From Monocercomonoides exilis PA203 (taxonomy: Eukaryota > Protista > Preaxostyla), in NCBI GenBank assembly GCA_001643675.2, contig LSRY02000020.1, forward strand, positions 558,001-622,000: DNA of 64,000 bases. Reading direction: 5' to 3'. The translations under genes and the position numbers were made by a program. A model generated the notes under the pieces. The model saw only the letters and a list, made by a program, of their open reading frames with translations, was not told where the DNA came from and made no database searches. Positions 52,501 through 61,969 of the stretch are shown piece by piece. Within the stretch, counting starts at the first letter, position 1; the number at the start of each line of letters is the position of its first letter.

Positions 52501-55500
52501 TTCATCACCAGTATATGTGAGTGGGGAAGAACAAGGAAGTGAATTCAGACTGTGTGGATATGAAGATTACCCATGCCGAACAATTGAAGAAGCGAGCGAA
52601 TATCGATATCCTAATTCAAAGAGAGTGATTAGACTGGCAAACACATTTTCATTTGATGAAGAAGTGCAGTTGAATAAACAGTCATATGAGATTGATTCGA
52701 GCAATAAAAACATTGGATTGAGAGTGGAGGCAACAGGAACAAAAACACAAGAAGCATTGGTGATGAACAGTGTTTCATCAACATTGACAGGGATATTGTT
52801 TGAATTTGGAGAATCAATCGGGGGTCGATCATCATTTGTTCATTCTTCAGGAGGGACATTGAAATTTGATGACTGTGGAATAAAGATGGGAAGTGGACTT
52901 GAAACAGTGAATTATTTGTTTGTGAGTGCGAGTGGAGGGAATGTGGAGATTATTGGGATGAAATGTGGAGGAAGTGTTGGAGAAGTGAGATTTGTGGGAA
53001 GTATGATTGTTGTGAATGGGAGCGGAGAATGCCTGATGGATGAGGTGATTATGAATCTAATAACGTCAAATGGAGCAAAAGGGTTGATTGAGATTGCAAC
53101 AAGCAGCTCAGCAACAATCAAGAACAGTTCGATTTCAAATTCCATTCTGCAGAGTTGTGGAGTAATTCAGATCGAGAAATGCTCATCGATCACATTGAAG
53201 AACACCTCATTTGAGAACATCTCAAGAGGAGCAGGAGACGGTGGATGCGTTCATGTTGATTCAAATGAAGATAGGAGCAGAAACACAATGAGAATTGAGA
53301 ATTGCACATTCCTTGTGTGTGAGGTGAGTGAGAATGGAAAAGGAGGGGGAGGACTGTCAGTTTCATTGGAGAATCCATCTGAACTGTATGTATCATCAAC
53401 AAGATTTGAAAAGTGTACTGCACCCTCAACGAGTGGAAGTGAAGGGAAAGGAGGAGGGATATTTCTTTCTCTAGCAGATGCAGAAGCAAAGTTTGAGTTA
53501 TCAGGAAATTTGATATTTGATCAGAATAAAGCAGAATTTGGAAAGAACATGTTCATTTCAACAACTGATTTGAACGAAAGTGTGACAAATGACTCATTCA
53601 ACTTTAATTATTCGTCAATGATCAGTGATAAAACTCTGTTTGTAGGGAGTGATGATTTTCATTCAAAAAAAGATCTGTTCATGTTTCTGATTCCATTCAG
53701 CTCAACTGAGATATTTATCTCATCGAGTGGATTTGATGTGGCGCGTTGTGGAAGTGAGGAAGAACCATGTGAAACGATGTGGAAAGGGATGGGAAATGTG
53801 AAGGATGGAGATGAAAAGAAAACAATTCAAATATCAGGATCAACTGTTATTCGAGATTCATTCAATATGAACAATTATCAAATCAAAAAGGATGAGAAGA
53901 TGGGAGAAGAGAATGTGAAATCAATATTGAATTTTGAAAAGGCAGTTAAAAATCAACTGGAATATTTCATGGAAAATTATAATCACCTTGAGTTGACAAA
54001 TATCCAACTACAACTGGTATCTGGATTTGACAATTCAGCCAAAACAATTATTTCAAACAAAAATGGAGAATTGGCGATAACTGGATGTTCATTCCATTCA
54101 GAAGCAGGAATGAACAATGGATTTGATTGTGTATTTGTGGATGCGATTGGAGGCAGTGTGGAATTTAATGATTTGTCGATTGAATCATGCAATGTTGGAA
54201 ACAGTATTTTTGTAATTCACGATGCTGGAGTTTCAGTCCATTTGGTGAATGTTCGAGTGGATTCGTTAAATGAAAGCAAAGGATGTGTTTTATCAATCAA
54301 GAAATCTGAACTGGGATTGAAGATTAATGAAGGAGGTGACGAAGGAATTAATATAGAGATTGAGAAATCATCATTTTCAGGAGTGAAGAGAAATGATAAT
54401 GGAGCAAGCATTTTGGAATCAAAGAGTGAGAAAAAGATTTGTTTGATTGTGAATTCGAGCAACATCACAGAAGGCAAAGCGGAAGAAAGTGAAAAAGGAG
54501 GGGCAATATTCTTCACGTTGGGAACTTCTGGATCAATGAAGGTGATTGACTCAACAATCAGCCATTGCAGCTGCACCAATGGGAAAGGAGGAGGGGTGTA
54601 TTTGGCAACAAAGGAAAGAGGAGAATTGAATTTTTCATTTGTGGGTATGAAGTTCAGAAACAACGAGGCAAGAGTGGGGAATGATATTTTCGTTGAATGC
54701 TTCAACATTACGTCACAGATCAATGAAACTCAATTTCAATTTGATCTTCATGAAGAACACTTCAATCTTAACAAAGCGATATATGGGAGAGATGAGTGTG
54801 ATCACACAAACGATACAAATCTGATTGATTTTGTGACGATACATCATAGCGACACAATCATTGTGAGTATCGTGAATGGAGCCAATGACAAGCAATGTGG
54901 AACAAATGCTCTTCCATGCTATTCGATTGACCATGGGTTGATGCATCTGACATCTGAATATGTGAGCCAAATATTCATTGTTGAAGAGAGTGTGATTGGA
55001 AGAGAAATAAATCTGGAAGAAATGAGTCTGAGTTCGAAGAGTAGAGAAAATTGTAAAGTTGAAGTGAAATCAAGTATTGAAAAAACAAAGGATTCTTTGA
55101 TTTCAACAAGAGAAACAGTCTCATTGTTGAGAGCGAACTTTTTGTTTGATTCGAATTTCATCTCTTCTCATGAATCACTGATATCATCAGATGGTGGGAT
55201 TCTTGAGATAATGAATTGCTCATTCAGTTCAAAACAATCTAATAAAGAAGGAAATATTGCTTTTGCTGGCATTCCATTTCATATTATCAATATGGAAAAA
55301 GGAGAATTACAACTTATGGAATGCAAAGTGAAATATCTAATACTTCGTGAATCAGTTTTGTATCTTTCATCACAACTTCCATCAGTCATTGATTCATTAA
55401 CAATTTATAATTCAACAATAAAAACATCTCTGATAGATATTATTGAATGTGGACAATTAGCAATCAAGGATTTCAAAACAGAAAACATTTCAGCAGAAGG

Positions 55501-57745
55501 AAATGGAGAATCATTGATATCTTGCTTGACAATGAAAAAGACGATGCAGTTGACTAATTGCACAATTGGTGGAGTAGGTTCACAGACAACAAAAGAGAAA
55601 TTGATGAAATTAGAGGATTGCTTGGATGTGAAAATGGACAGTTGCATTTTTGATGCGAATTCATATAAAAAAAATGAAAAGAATTCAAATACAGAAGAAG
55701 AAGAGATGTGCAGTTGGTCTGGATCTCTTGTGGATGTTGTGAAGAGTTCTGTGATGATGAAAGATACAGCAATCTCGAATTCACCAGAAGGTGGAATAAC
55801 AATGAGTGGAGGAAATGTGATAATTGAAAAAGGAGAATTTTTGAATAATAATCCATCAATTGAAGGATATCCATCATTGAGAAGAAACATTATTTGTTCA
55901 AATTCAGGAATATTGAATGTGGTGAGTTTGAAAGGAGGAGATGGATGGGAGAGAAATACCTCCCTTTGGATGTTGAATGATGGGTGCAGTTTTGAAGGGA
56001 TTGCTTCTGAAAGGGATTCATCATTCTTTATTCCAGTTCTGGAGAGTGTGGAAGCAAAAGAAGAGACAGATAGAATGAAGCTGACATTTAAAGGATTGCT
56101 TCTTGTTCCATGCAATCTGTCATTATCTGTTGTGAAGAGAAAAGGAGAAGAGAAAGAGATTGAAAAGCATGATTTTGATTCAAATGGATTTTTATCCGAA
56201 AGAGAAATTGAAGGAAGAGGGGCAAAAGATCTAATCAGCAGCTGTGGAGATGAAATGGAAGTGAGCGTTAATATTTTGTTTGGGAATAAAGAATCTCCTT
56301 CATCAACGAATTCATTTATCTTGAAGAACAAAAGTGAACATCAGGTAAATGGAGACGAAAGAATAGTCGAAGGTGGAAATAAAGAAAAATCTTATTGGTT
56401 GCTAATTGTAATTATAATGGCTATTGTTCTTTTTATTGTTTTGATTGTATCTATTATCGTGACGATTCGATGGAGGAAGACAAAGAACGAGAACAAAGAT
56501 CTTAAAGAGATTGTAAATGATAACATCAAAAAGGATCTGAAGGCGTTTGAAATGGTGACGATGGAGATGTCACCGGAGGAGCAATGGCGAAGAGCAGAGA
56601 GAGAGGCAGAGAAGAAGAATGAGGATAAGATAAAGAAGAGGGTGTATGAGAAAAGCTTGGGACATTCGGAGTCATCCGAGCATCTTCTATCTGAGAGTGG
56701 TTCGACAGAATACATTCTGGGGAGAGATTCAGACAAGATTCCTGAATGGGCATTAGAGAAGGTTGAAGAAGAGGAAGAGACCAGAAAGCGAACTCCTTCA
56801 CCATCAATTTCATCCACTTCTACCACAGACACTTCAGACACAGACACAACATTTGTTCGTGGGGAGGATCTTTGTCCAACCACTTCATCCATGTCGAATC
56901 TGGTGGATGCGATGGCATGTTCGGTGCCTCACGAAAAGCTGATTGTGGACTTGAGGGATTCGCTGTTCATGCTGCTTCATGGAAGGAATGCCAAGAAGGA
57001 GATGGCAATTGGCACTTTGGAGGAGAGGGAAATGACAGCTGCTCAAATCCTGTTCTGGGTAGCTAATCTTGCACTCCACTCCTTTGACGAAATGGAAAAC
57101 CCTCTTTCTTCTCTTGCCAATCTGAGTCCTCTCATTGTACTGTTCTCCGAACACATGGTGATCTGCGTTGCGATGCACTCTGACTGTTCATCAGATTCAG
57201 ATTCTTCATCTATTTCGTCAAACTCAACGATAATCACATCTTCATCTGATGGCTCGTATGTGAATAAGAATAGCAGAGATTCGCTGCCATCGTCTGCCTT
57301 TGAAGACGAAGAAGACAACAGGACAGAGTGCATGAGGTGGAAGGCGCCTGAACTGATGAATGGAACAAAGAAGCAAGCAACGAAAAAGACGGTTGTGTTT
57401 TCGATAGGAATGATGCTGTGGGAATGTCTGACGCTTGATATCCCATTTGGAGAGTATGAGGCAGTAATAGCTGGGGAAAAAATTAAGAACGGGGAAAGAC
57501 CTTTCATCGAAAAGGTTGAGCAGACATCGTATTTCGGCTGCATTCGATCGTGTTTTGAAGGAAAAGGCTGCTTAAGGCCAACGCTCATCGATCTTAAACG
57601 TGAATTCATTCGACATTTTCCTGCAGATGCAGTCAAACTAACAGCATCAGATGCAATTGATTTTGACTACTCAGCCAGGTTTTGTGGCGAATCCAAAAGC
57701 GAAAGCGTTGAAAGTGAAGGAAGTTGTTCAACCAGTTTTTTGTAA
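49586..57745 (+). CDS. intronless ~2720-aa type I membrane protein: parallel beta-helix (Pmp/pectin-lyase-like) ectodomain, TM, TKL-like pseudokinase
   Basis: Signal-like MILGLSGIFYCVWIISVG. Many GG(A/G)(I/L/V) + FxxC repeats and CGxxxxPC motifs. TM WLLIVIIMAIVLFIVLIVSIIVTI-RWRK. Kinase C-lobe RWKAPE, VFSIGMMLWECLT..IPF, G.RP, RPTL. Confidence 0.88.
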   Translation: MILGLSGIFYCVWIISVGCVCSGAKSDGAGFVEKSAKEGELDYPEGTWREKAQNAKIGDSNLFDTHVEGKECGARVTWKEERMMKKCTKQWNEGSGEIGKVQQWSFCDEWKMWGKGGVCGGSGVEGSVVGVNSSLKLNSLGLREMGGESVLRASDGSFVEVSGCVIGVERKTSPFDFCESCGSFTNISLRSSSTSTSTEQIFPSLFSSKATEGEISEKRHVSVCSSRFSSFCVSSAPFISSHFTSLSQLEFFNISTNPLKSTHLREGLDQRMFLMSGCSFSSVCDAYDGGIVPSLNNPLASLTASNTSFVGCCRTKNVKCEGTSDVKLNPGRRNETENGANSFTWCEWNGSKTTGKENSYSDGISSGGAICMYNLNSGELSVSHCSFNDCTAYYHGGAIMCHGIKSIEIVGNVFNSCTAQTYGGGGVYACDISLCALVSRCEFQNCKAHHDGGGLRLDNFDMSESECLEIENVERENGYVFDCSFTSCSVTSNFGGGLYCRYVPVAFKMMNIQFISCSALSTGGGFWFHFDKTNAPDNGIYCYFLFFHGCKCSYSTPSGHDVMYHDQYSVFLTSKNPFYECYTTNTDDKRVCYAYNFSNPGAWTFDQTMKKDWVKRGILNRFVTVSGGREDNLCGLDESSACSAIGIAACQSATQTLLVVTLMKGNHRNEEATIEINSKKIRIWGKGREVCVIGTKSLTSSSATLFSVTNGQLEVGHVGIDHNAIRSPSPSVFVASVGSGTLLLEDVLINSSISEESEISASVFVVALNQLMMSDVEIKNIKLSQPLFVEPSSAGLTQGEAALANVTVRNVNRKVGDGVVMVKSVKAGETFVVWNTTMEGCECENGNGGGIKVELASSTSTARIGNSISYSGGTTSFNQCKCSGYGGGMMLYLTDDSFDFEITSVSFDSCAATMGGKNVFVEAQDLSAVINSTSVGFNPEIGIKVADLNELCGRERNQGELIVPLVLFLRTFSSPVYVSGEEQGSEFRLCGYEDYPCRTIEEASEYRYPNSKRVIRLANTFSFDEEVQLNKQSYEIDSSNKNIGLRVEATGTKTQEALVMNSVSSTLTGILFEFGESIGGRSSFVHSSGGTLKFDDCGIKMGSGLETVNYLFVSASGGNVEIIGMKCGGSVGEVRFVGSMIVVNGSGECLMDEVIMNLITSNGAKGLIEIATSSSATIKNSSISNSILQSCGVIQIEKCSSITLKNTSFENISRGAGDGGCVHVDSNEDRSRNTMRIENCTFLVCEVSENGKGGGGLSVSLENPSELYVSSTRFEKCTAPSTSGSEGKGGGIFLSLADAEAKFELSGNLIFDQNKAEFGKNMFISTTDLNESVTNDSFNFNYSSMISDKTLFVGSDDFHSKKDLFMFLIPFSSTEIFISSSGFDVARCGSEEEPCETMWKGMGNVKDGDEKKTIQISGSTVIRDSFNMNNYQIKKDEKMGEENVKSILNFEKAVKNQLEYFMENYNHLELTNIQLQLVSGFDNSAKTIISNKNGELAITGCSFHSEAGMNNGFDCVFVDAIGGSVEFNDLSIESCNVGNSIFVIHDAGVSVHLVNVRVDSLNESKGCVLSIKKSELGLKINEGGDEGINIEIEKSSFSGVKRNDNGASILESKSEKKICLIVNSSNITEGKAEESEKGGAIFFTLGTSGSMKVIDSTISHCSCTNGKGGGVYLATKERGELNFSFVGMKFRNNEARVGNDIFVECFNITSQINETQFQFDLHEEHFNLNKAIYGRDECDHTNDTNLIDFVTIHHSDTIIVSIVNGANDKQCGTNALPCYSIDHGLMHLTSEYVSQIFIVEESVIGREINLEEMSLSSKSRENCKVEVKSSIEKTKDSLISTRETVSLLRANFLFDSNFISSHESLISSDGGILEIMNCSFSSKQSNKEGNIAFAGIPFHIINMEKGELQLMECKVKYLILRESVLYLSSQLPSVIDSLTIYNSTIKTSLIDIIECGQLAIKDFKTENISAEGNGESLISCLTMKKTMQLTNCTIGGVGSQTTKEKLMKLEDCLDVKMDSCIFDANSYKKNEKNSNTEEEEMCSWSGSLVDVVKSSVMMKDTAISNSPEGGITMSGGNVIIEKGEFLNNNPSIEGYPSLRRNIICSNSGILNVVSLKGGDGWERNTSLWMLNDGCSFEGIASERDSSFFIPVLESVEAKEETDRMKLTFKGLLLVPCNLSLSVVKRKGEEKEIEKHDFDSNGFLSEREIEGRGAKDLISSCGDEMEVSVNILFGNKESPSSTNSFILKNKSEHQVNGDERIVEGGNKEKSYWLLIVIIMAIVLFIVLIVSIIVTIRWRKTKNENKDLKEIVNDNIKKDLKAFEMVTMEMSPEEQWRRAEREAEKKNEDKIKKRVYEKSLGHSESSEHLLSESGSTEYILGRDSDKIPEWALEKVEEEEETRKRTPSPSISSTSTTDTSDTDTTFVRGEDLCPTTSSMSNLVDAMACSVPHEKLIVDLRDSLFMLLHGRNAKKEMAIGTLEEREMTAAQILFWVANLALHSFDEMENPLSSLANLSPLIVLFSEHMVICVAMHSDCSSDSDSSSISSNSTIITSSSDGSYVNKNSRDSLPSSAFEDEEDNRTECMRWKAPELMNGTKKQATKKTVVFSIGMMLWECLTLDIPFGEYEAVIAGEKIKNGERPFIEKVEQTSYFGCIRSCFEGKGCLRPTLIDLKREFIRHFPADAVKLTASDAIDFDYSARFCGESKSESVESEGSCSTSFL

Positions 57746-58943
57746 TTTTGGTATGATAATTAATCTGTAATAAATGAGAAAATTTTGATTGAAGAGATGC
57801 AACTATTTTTTCAATGAATTATAATTGGTAAATTATCGTATGCTGTATTCTTGTTTTTGTTATTCCTATGATAGAAAACATATTTCCACCATTCTAAAAA
57901 TCAGGATGGAAGTTTTTGATTGTTTTGTATTTTTATAAATTAAATTATCGTTGCAACGTTTTATTTTTCTAAAGACTTATTTTAAATGTTGTATTTATAT
58001 TTAAATGCTTAATATTATTTGTGGTTTTTTTGTTATTGTTTCACTTTTTTGGATTTTATTTTTTATTGTTTTAATATTTTCATTTTTGTTTAATATTCAT
58101 TCTTAATTTATTCATCACCCGTAAAAGAAAATTTCTTTTTTTTGTTTATATTTTTGAGTTGGAAAATGTATTACAATTTAAAATTTATGCTTTGAGTTTC
58201 AAACTAACATCGGTATTCATTTCTTTCTTTCCAAATGTGATCTCTAGTCCTCTTTATAGATATTTATTCAAACATAATATTAATGTGTTCATATTTATTT
58301 TGTTACTTTAAGTTTTTCATGTTTAAGCAAGTATTTTGAGATAATTCTAACAAGTGTTTTTATTTGTAATCAAATATATATATATTCATTTCAGAAACTT
58401 AAAAGGATTATAATAATTTTGAGAGTGAAAAAAAAGATCCTTTTATTTTATTATTTTATTAACTTCACAAATTTTTATTCGAATTGAGAATTTTTACCGT
58501 CAAAATGATACAGTTTACATTCAAGACAAAAAATTGCAGGATAAAACGTGAATTTCAACATTCAAAAAAGTTTTTTTTGCGAACGAGTTAATATAGAATA
58601 ACAACGAAATAAAAAACGAAAAAAAAAGTCCATATCGGGGAAAATACAGACTTTCAAGCTTTTTTTTTTGCACAAAACACAAATATTTTGTTTCACTCAT
58701 AACTTTATTTCACTTACTCAGATTTCAAAATAGATTTGGTTTTCATATCCGTAAGCAGGTATCGTTGATATCAAAACATTAAGTTTTCCAATATTTTGAA
58801 TTTATCAAAAAATGAACACATTTTTTTTCCGTTTTTCGATCCAAAAAAGTCATGAAAAGTGCATAATTTTTCATTGAAAAAGCCTGAAGAAAAATATTTT
58901 CCCCCATTTTTTTTCAAACACAATTTTTTTGAATATCGCAATA

Positions 58944-59348
58944 TATTGAGTGTTAATATTTGTGGACACTTTCAATAACTGTGGACAGTGGAATTATCTC
59001 AACAACCATTGATCGTTGCATTTTGACAAAAAACCCAATTATTCCCTCATTGAATATGAACTAATGATACGAATGTCAATGAAACAACTTGCATCCTATA
59101 ATGTGGAAAATGAAAATTTTTCTCTTCGTAGAAATTCTTTTATCTTTTTTCTCCAGGTTTCTCCATAAATAGAAAATGTATTTTTCTGAATTCTGAAGAG
59201 CAAGTTGCTTCATTGACATTCGTATCATTAGTTCATATTCAATGAGGGAATAATTGGGTTTATTGTCAAAATGCAACGATCAATGGTTGTTGAGATAATT
59301 CCACTGTCCACAGTTATTGAAAATATCCACCATTATTAACACTCACTG
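58944..59348. mobile_element. MITE, probably Tc1/mariner-derived
   Basis: ~145-bp inverted arms (~58947-59092 vs ~59200-59345). Right end reads TA|CAGTGAGTG on the minus strand and left end TA|TATTGAGTG, consistent with a TA TSD. Confidence 0.85.
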
Positions 59349-59885
59349 TATAATAAATAATAGAGGTTCAATTTTTCATCACTTTGACGAACATTAACTG
59401 AAAATTATATTTTCTTCACTTTTTAAAACTTTCAGCCAAGCCAATTTATCATTAAAAATTTTTTTGTTTAATTAAAATAAATTTTCAATAATTTGATAGA
59501 TAAGTTTTTCAATTTTGTTTGATAAATGGTACAAGAATGGTTTTTGAAATATTCGTATTGAACCTGAAAATTTCTAAAGATCATGCAGCTTCTTTATTTG
59601 AAAATTTTCATTGTGCTTTAACCTTTTTATCTTTGAAAAAAACTAATTCACGGTAAAATACATTTTCAAAATGTGAAAATCAACAATGAATCTAAAAAAA
59701 AATCTCAATATTCCAACAATCATGAAATGAATTGAAATGCCCATGGAACAAATAGTATTTGTTATATGTTTAAGCTATATTCGTTTGCAAACATAACTCA
59801 TCAAAATTATCTAAAGGATGATCACTGTATATGTAATTTATATTCCGTTATAATTATTGTTGATTTTTTCTATTGTTATTAAGCT

Positions 59886-61207
59886 ATGTCATATTCTTCA
59901 TCTCGAAAAAGATTATACAAGTCAGAAAGTTTAGGTCCAGATGTTCCTGACGAACCTGAACTTGAATTAACTCCAACTCCAGATGAAGATATTGCCCACA
60001 ACGATTTCAGCGAACAGACTGCTCAAATAAGTGAACATGCACCACAACAAAATGACATTAAATCACATGACAATGTTGAAGAAGAAGAAGAAGATGTAGA
60101 ATATCCACCATTGGATCAAGATATCGATAACGAACGGAACAACCCATTTATAACCGTTCCTTCAAAACGTCGACCTCAAGATTCATATCAGCAATCAACA
60201 CCAATGCAATCACCTTACATTTCACAGCACAATGGACGTCTAGAAAAGGATTCAGAAATTGGAGGAGATTTTACAGATATGGATGATCTTGATGCTGTCA
60301 CTGAACAACTGCGCAAAAAAGGAAGAAAACAAAAAGATGAGCTTTCAACAGATCAAATAGAAAAGGAAGTTCGATAATTGAGATTATTTTTGCGTTATTA
60401 ACGTTTTTTGTTAAATATTTCCTTAAAGATTCAAACTTTTTTAAAAGAGATGAACGAAGCAACAATTAAAGATCATCAAGCAAATATTAATAAAGAACCT
60501 GCTTTAAATAGAATGAAGCTCCTTCCCCGTTTGGCAGACATCACGTCCATTCAAAAGTACAAAGAATCACTTTTGTCAGGTGGATTTCTGAGAGAAGCGA
60601 ATTTTTGGATAACAGCTAATCCTGACGGAACACTTCCAAATTCTGCCGTGCGGCGTGGAATACTACAGGCGTTAGATGGAATGATTGTTGATAAAGAACT
60701 TCTGAGAGAAACACAGATCGGTATTTCCGTTCGTACTTTGGCTAATTATCCTCGTGAAACGGCCGAAAATCGTCAGCTTGCAGAGAGAATATGGAAGGTG
60801 TGAACATTTTTATAGCAATCGATTGAGTATTTCTTAAAAAATATAATTTTAAAATATATTTCCACAGAGATGGGCGAGATCTGCGTTTGGTTTATTTGAC
60901 ACGTTCAAGAAAGATAGTCATGAAGAGAAAAAGAATTCACTTCCACCTGCAATGTTTGCTGCAAATTTATATTTTGATATTTTTTTCCAATTCCTTATCT
61001 TCTTTTCCTTTCCCGACATTTGATTTGCTGACTGTCAAATTCTAAATTCTGGACATTGTAATTCATTCGATTTTTGACCAAATTGTTAGACCACGCTCAA
61101 AAGAGTCAGAAAACAGGAAAAGATTGGAAGCCCATTTAGATGAATTGGCAAAGTTTGTTGTGGACAATATGCATTATGAATTTTAAAGCTCATTTTGAAT
61201 AAAAATT

Positions 61208-61239
<32 letters not shown>

Positions 61240-61653
61240 TTTAACATGATACAACTTTTATTTTGTTTTTATTTTGAACATTTCTATTACCACAATGCTT
61301 AGAACTTCAAGGCCTGGAGATCCGACATTTAGATACACGCCTCGCATGCCTAAGCCTTCGGCATTTAATTTTTCAATCCGACCAGAAAGCGACATAGATA
61401 TAGAAATTCCAACAAGAAAGGTTTTTCTTTAATATTTCATCGAATATTGAAAAGATTATTTTGCTTTCTATTGAAAAATAAATTCAATACATGCTTCATC
61501 CAAATTTTTAAGGGAGGAAAAAGTACAAGCTCAACACTTTTAAGCAAAGTTACCAACAAGAAAGGACCAAAGAAGCTCACTCACATTGGAAATACCATCA
61601 AAATCCCACGCGCCACTCCGCTTTCGATTGAAGGGCATGGAATGCTCTCCTGA
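59886..61653 (+). CDS. IWS1: transcription elongation factor IWS1/Spn1 (multi-exon)
   Basis: Acidic N-terminus; MNEATIKDHQANINKEPALNRMKLLP, PDGTLPN, LLRETQIG, YPRETAENRQLAERIWK-RWAR, RPGDP..RMPKPSAFNFSIRPES, LSIEG. Confidence 0.92.
61206..61242 (+). repeat. (TTTC)n microsatellite in an IWS1 intron
   Basis: Direct reading. Confidence 0.85.
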
Positions 61654-61969
61654 TTATGTTATATGTTCATATTGTTTTGTAAGTGGATTCACTTCTCAAC
61701 CACTTTGTATTTTTTGTTTAAATTTCTTTCTTTCTTTTTCACATTTCAACAGAATCAATTCAAATGATCTCTCTTTCACTCTTTTGTGAAAGAGAGGAAA
61801 AAAAAATGTATACCCAAAATATTTTCACGCAACTCTCGATTATTCGTCATTAGAACAAGTGAACAAATAAAAGCAGTAAGCACTACAATTCTCTGTTAAC
61901 CAGCATGAATAAATGTTTACTACAAGACAACACACTTCAAAACTAAAACAACAGAAAAGAGATATAATT

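Noticed and set aside
24435-57636. Numerous antisense/alternate-frame ORFs overlapping CK1, Sec10, the pecanex-like and receptor genes (e.g. 55405..56331, 40128..40898, 28900..29616)
   Set aside because: Shadow ORFs from biased, low-complexity codon usage; no motifs.
57750-58900. Search for a TIR partner bounding the MULE remnant plus receptor gene
   Set aside because: No inverted match to 47000-47700 found by eye, so a single enclosing element is not claimed.
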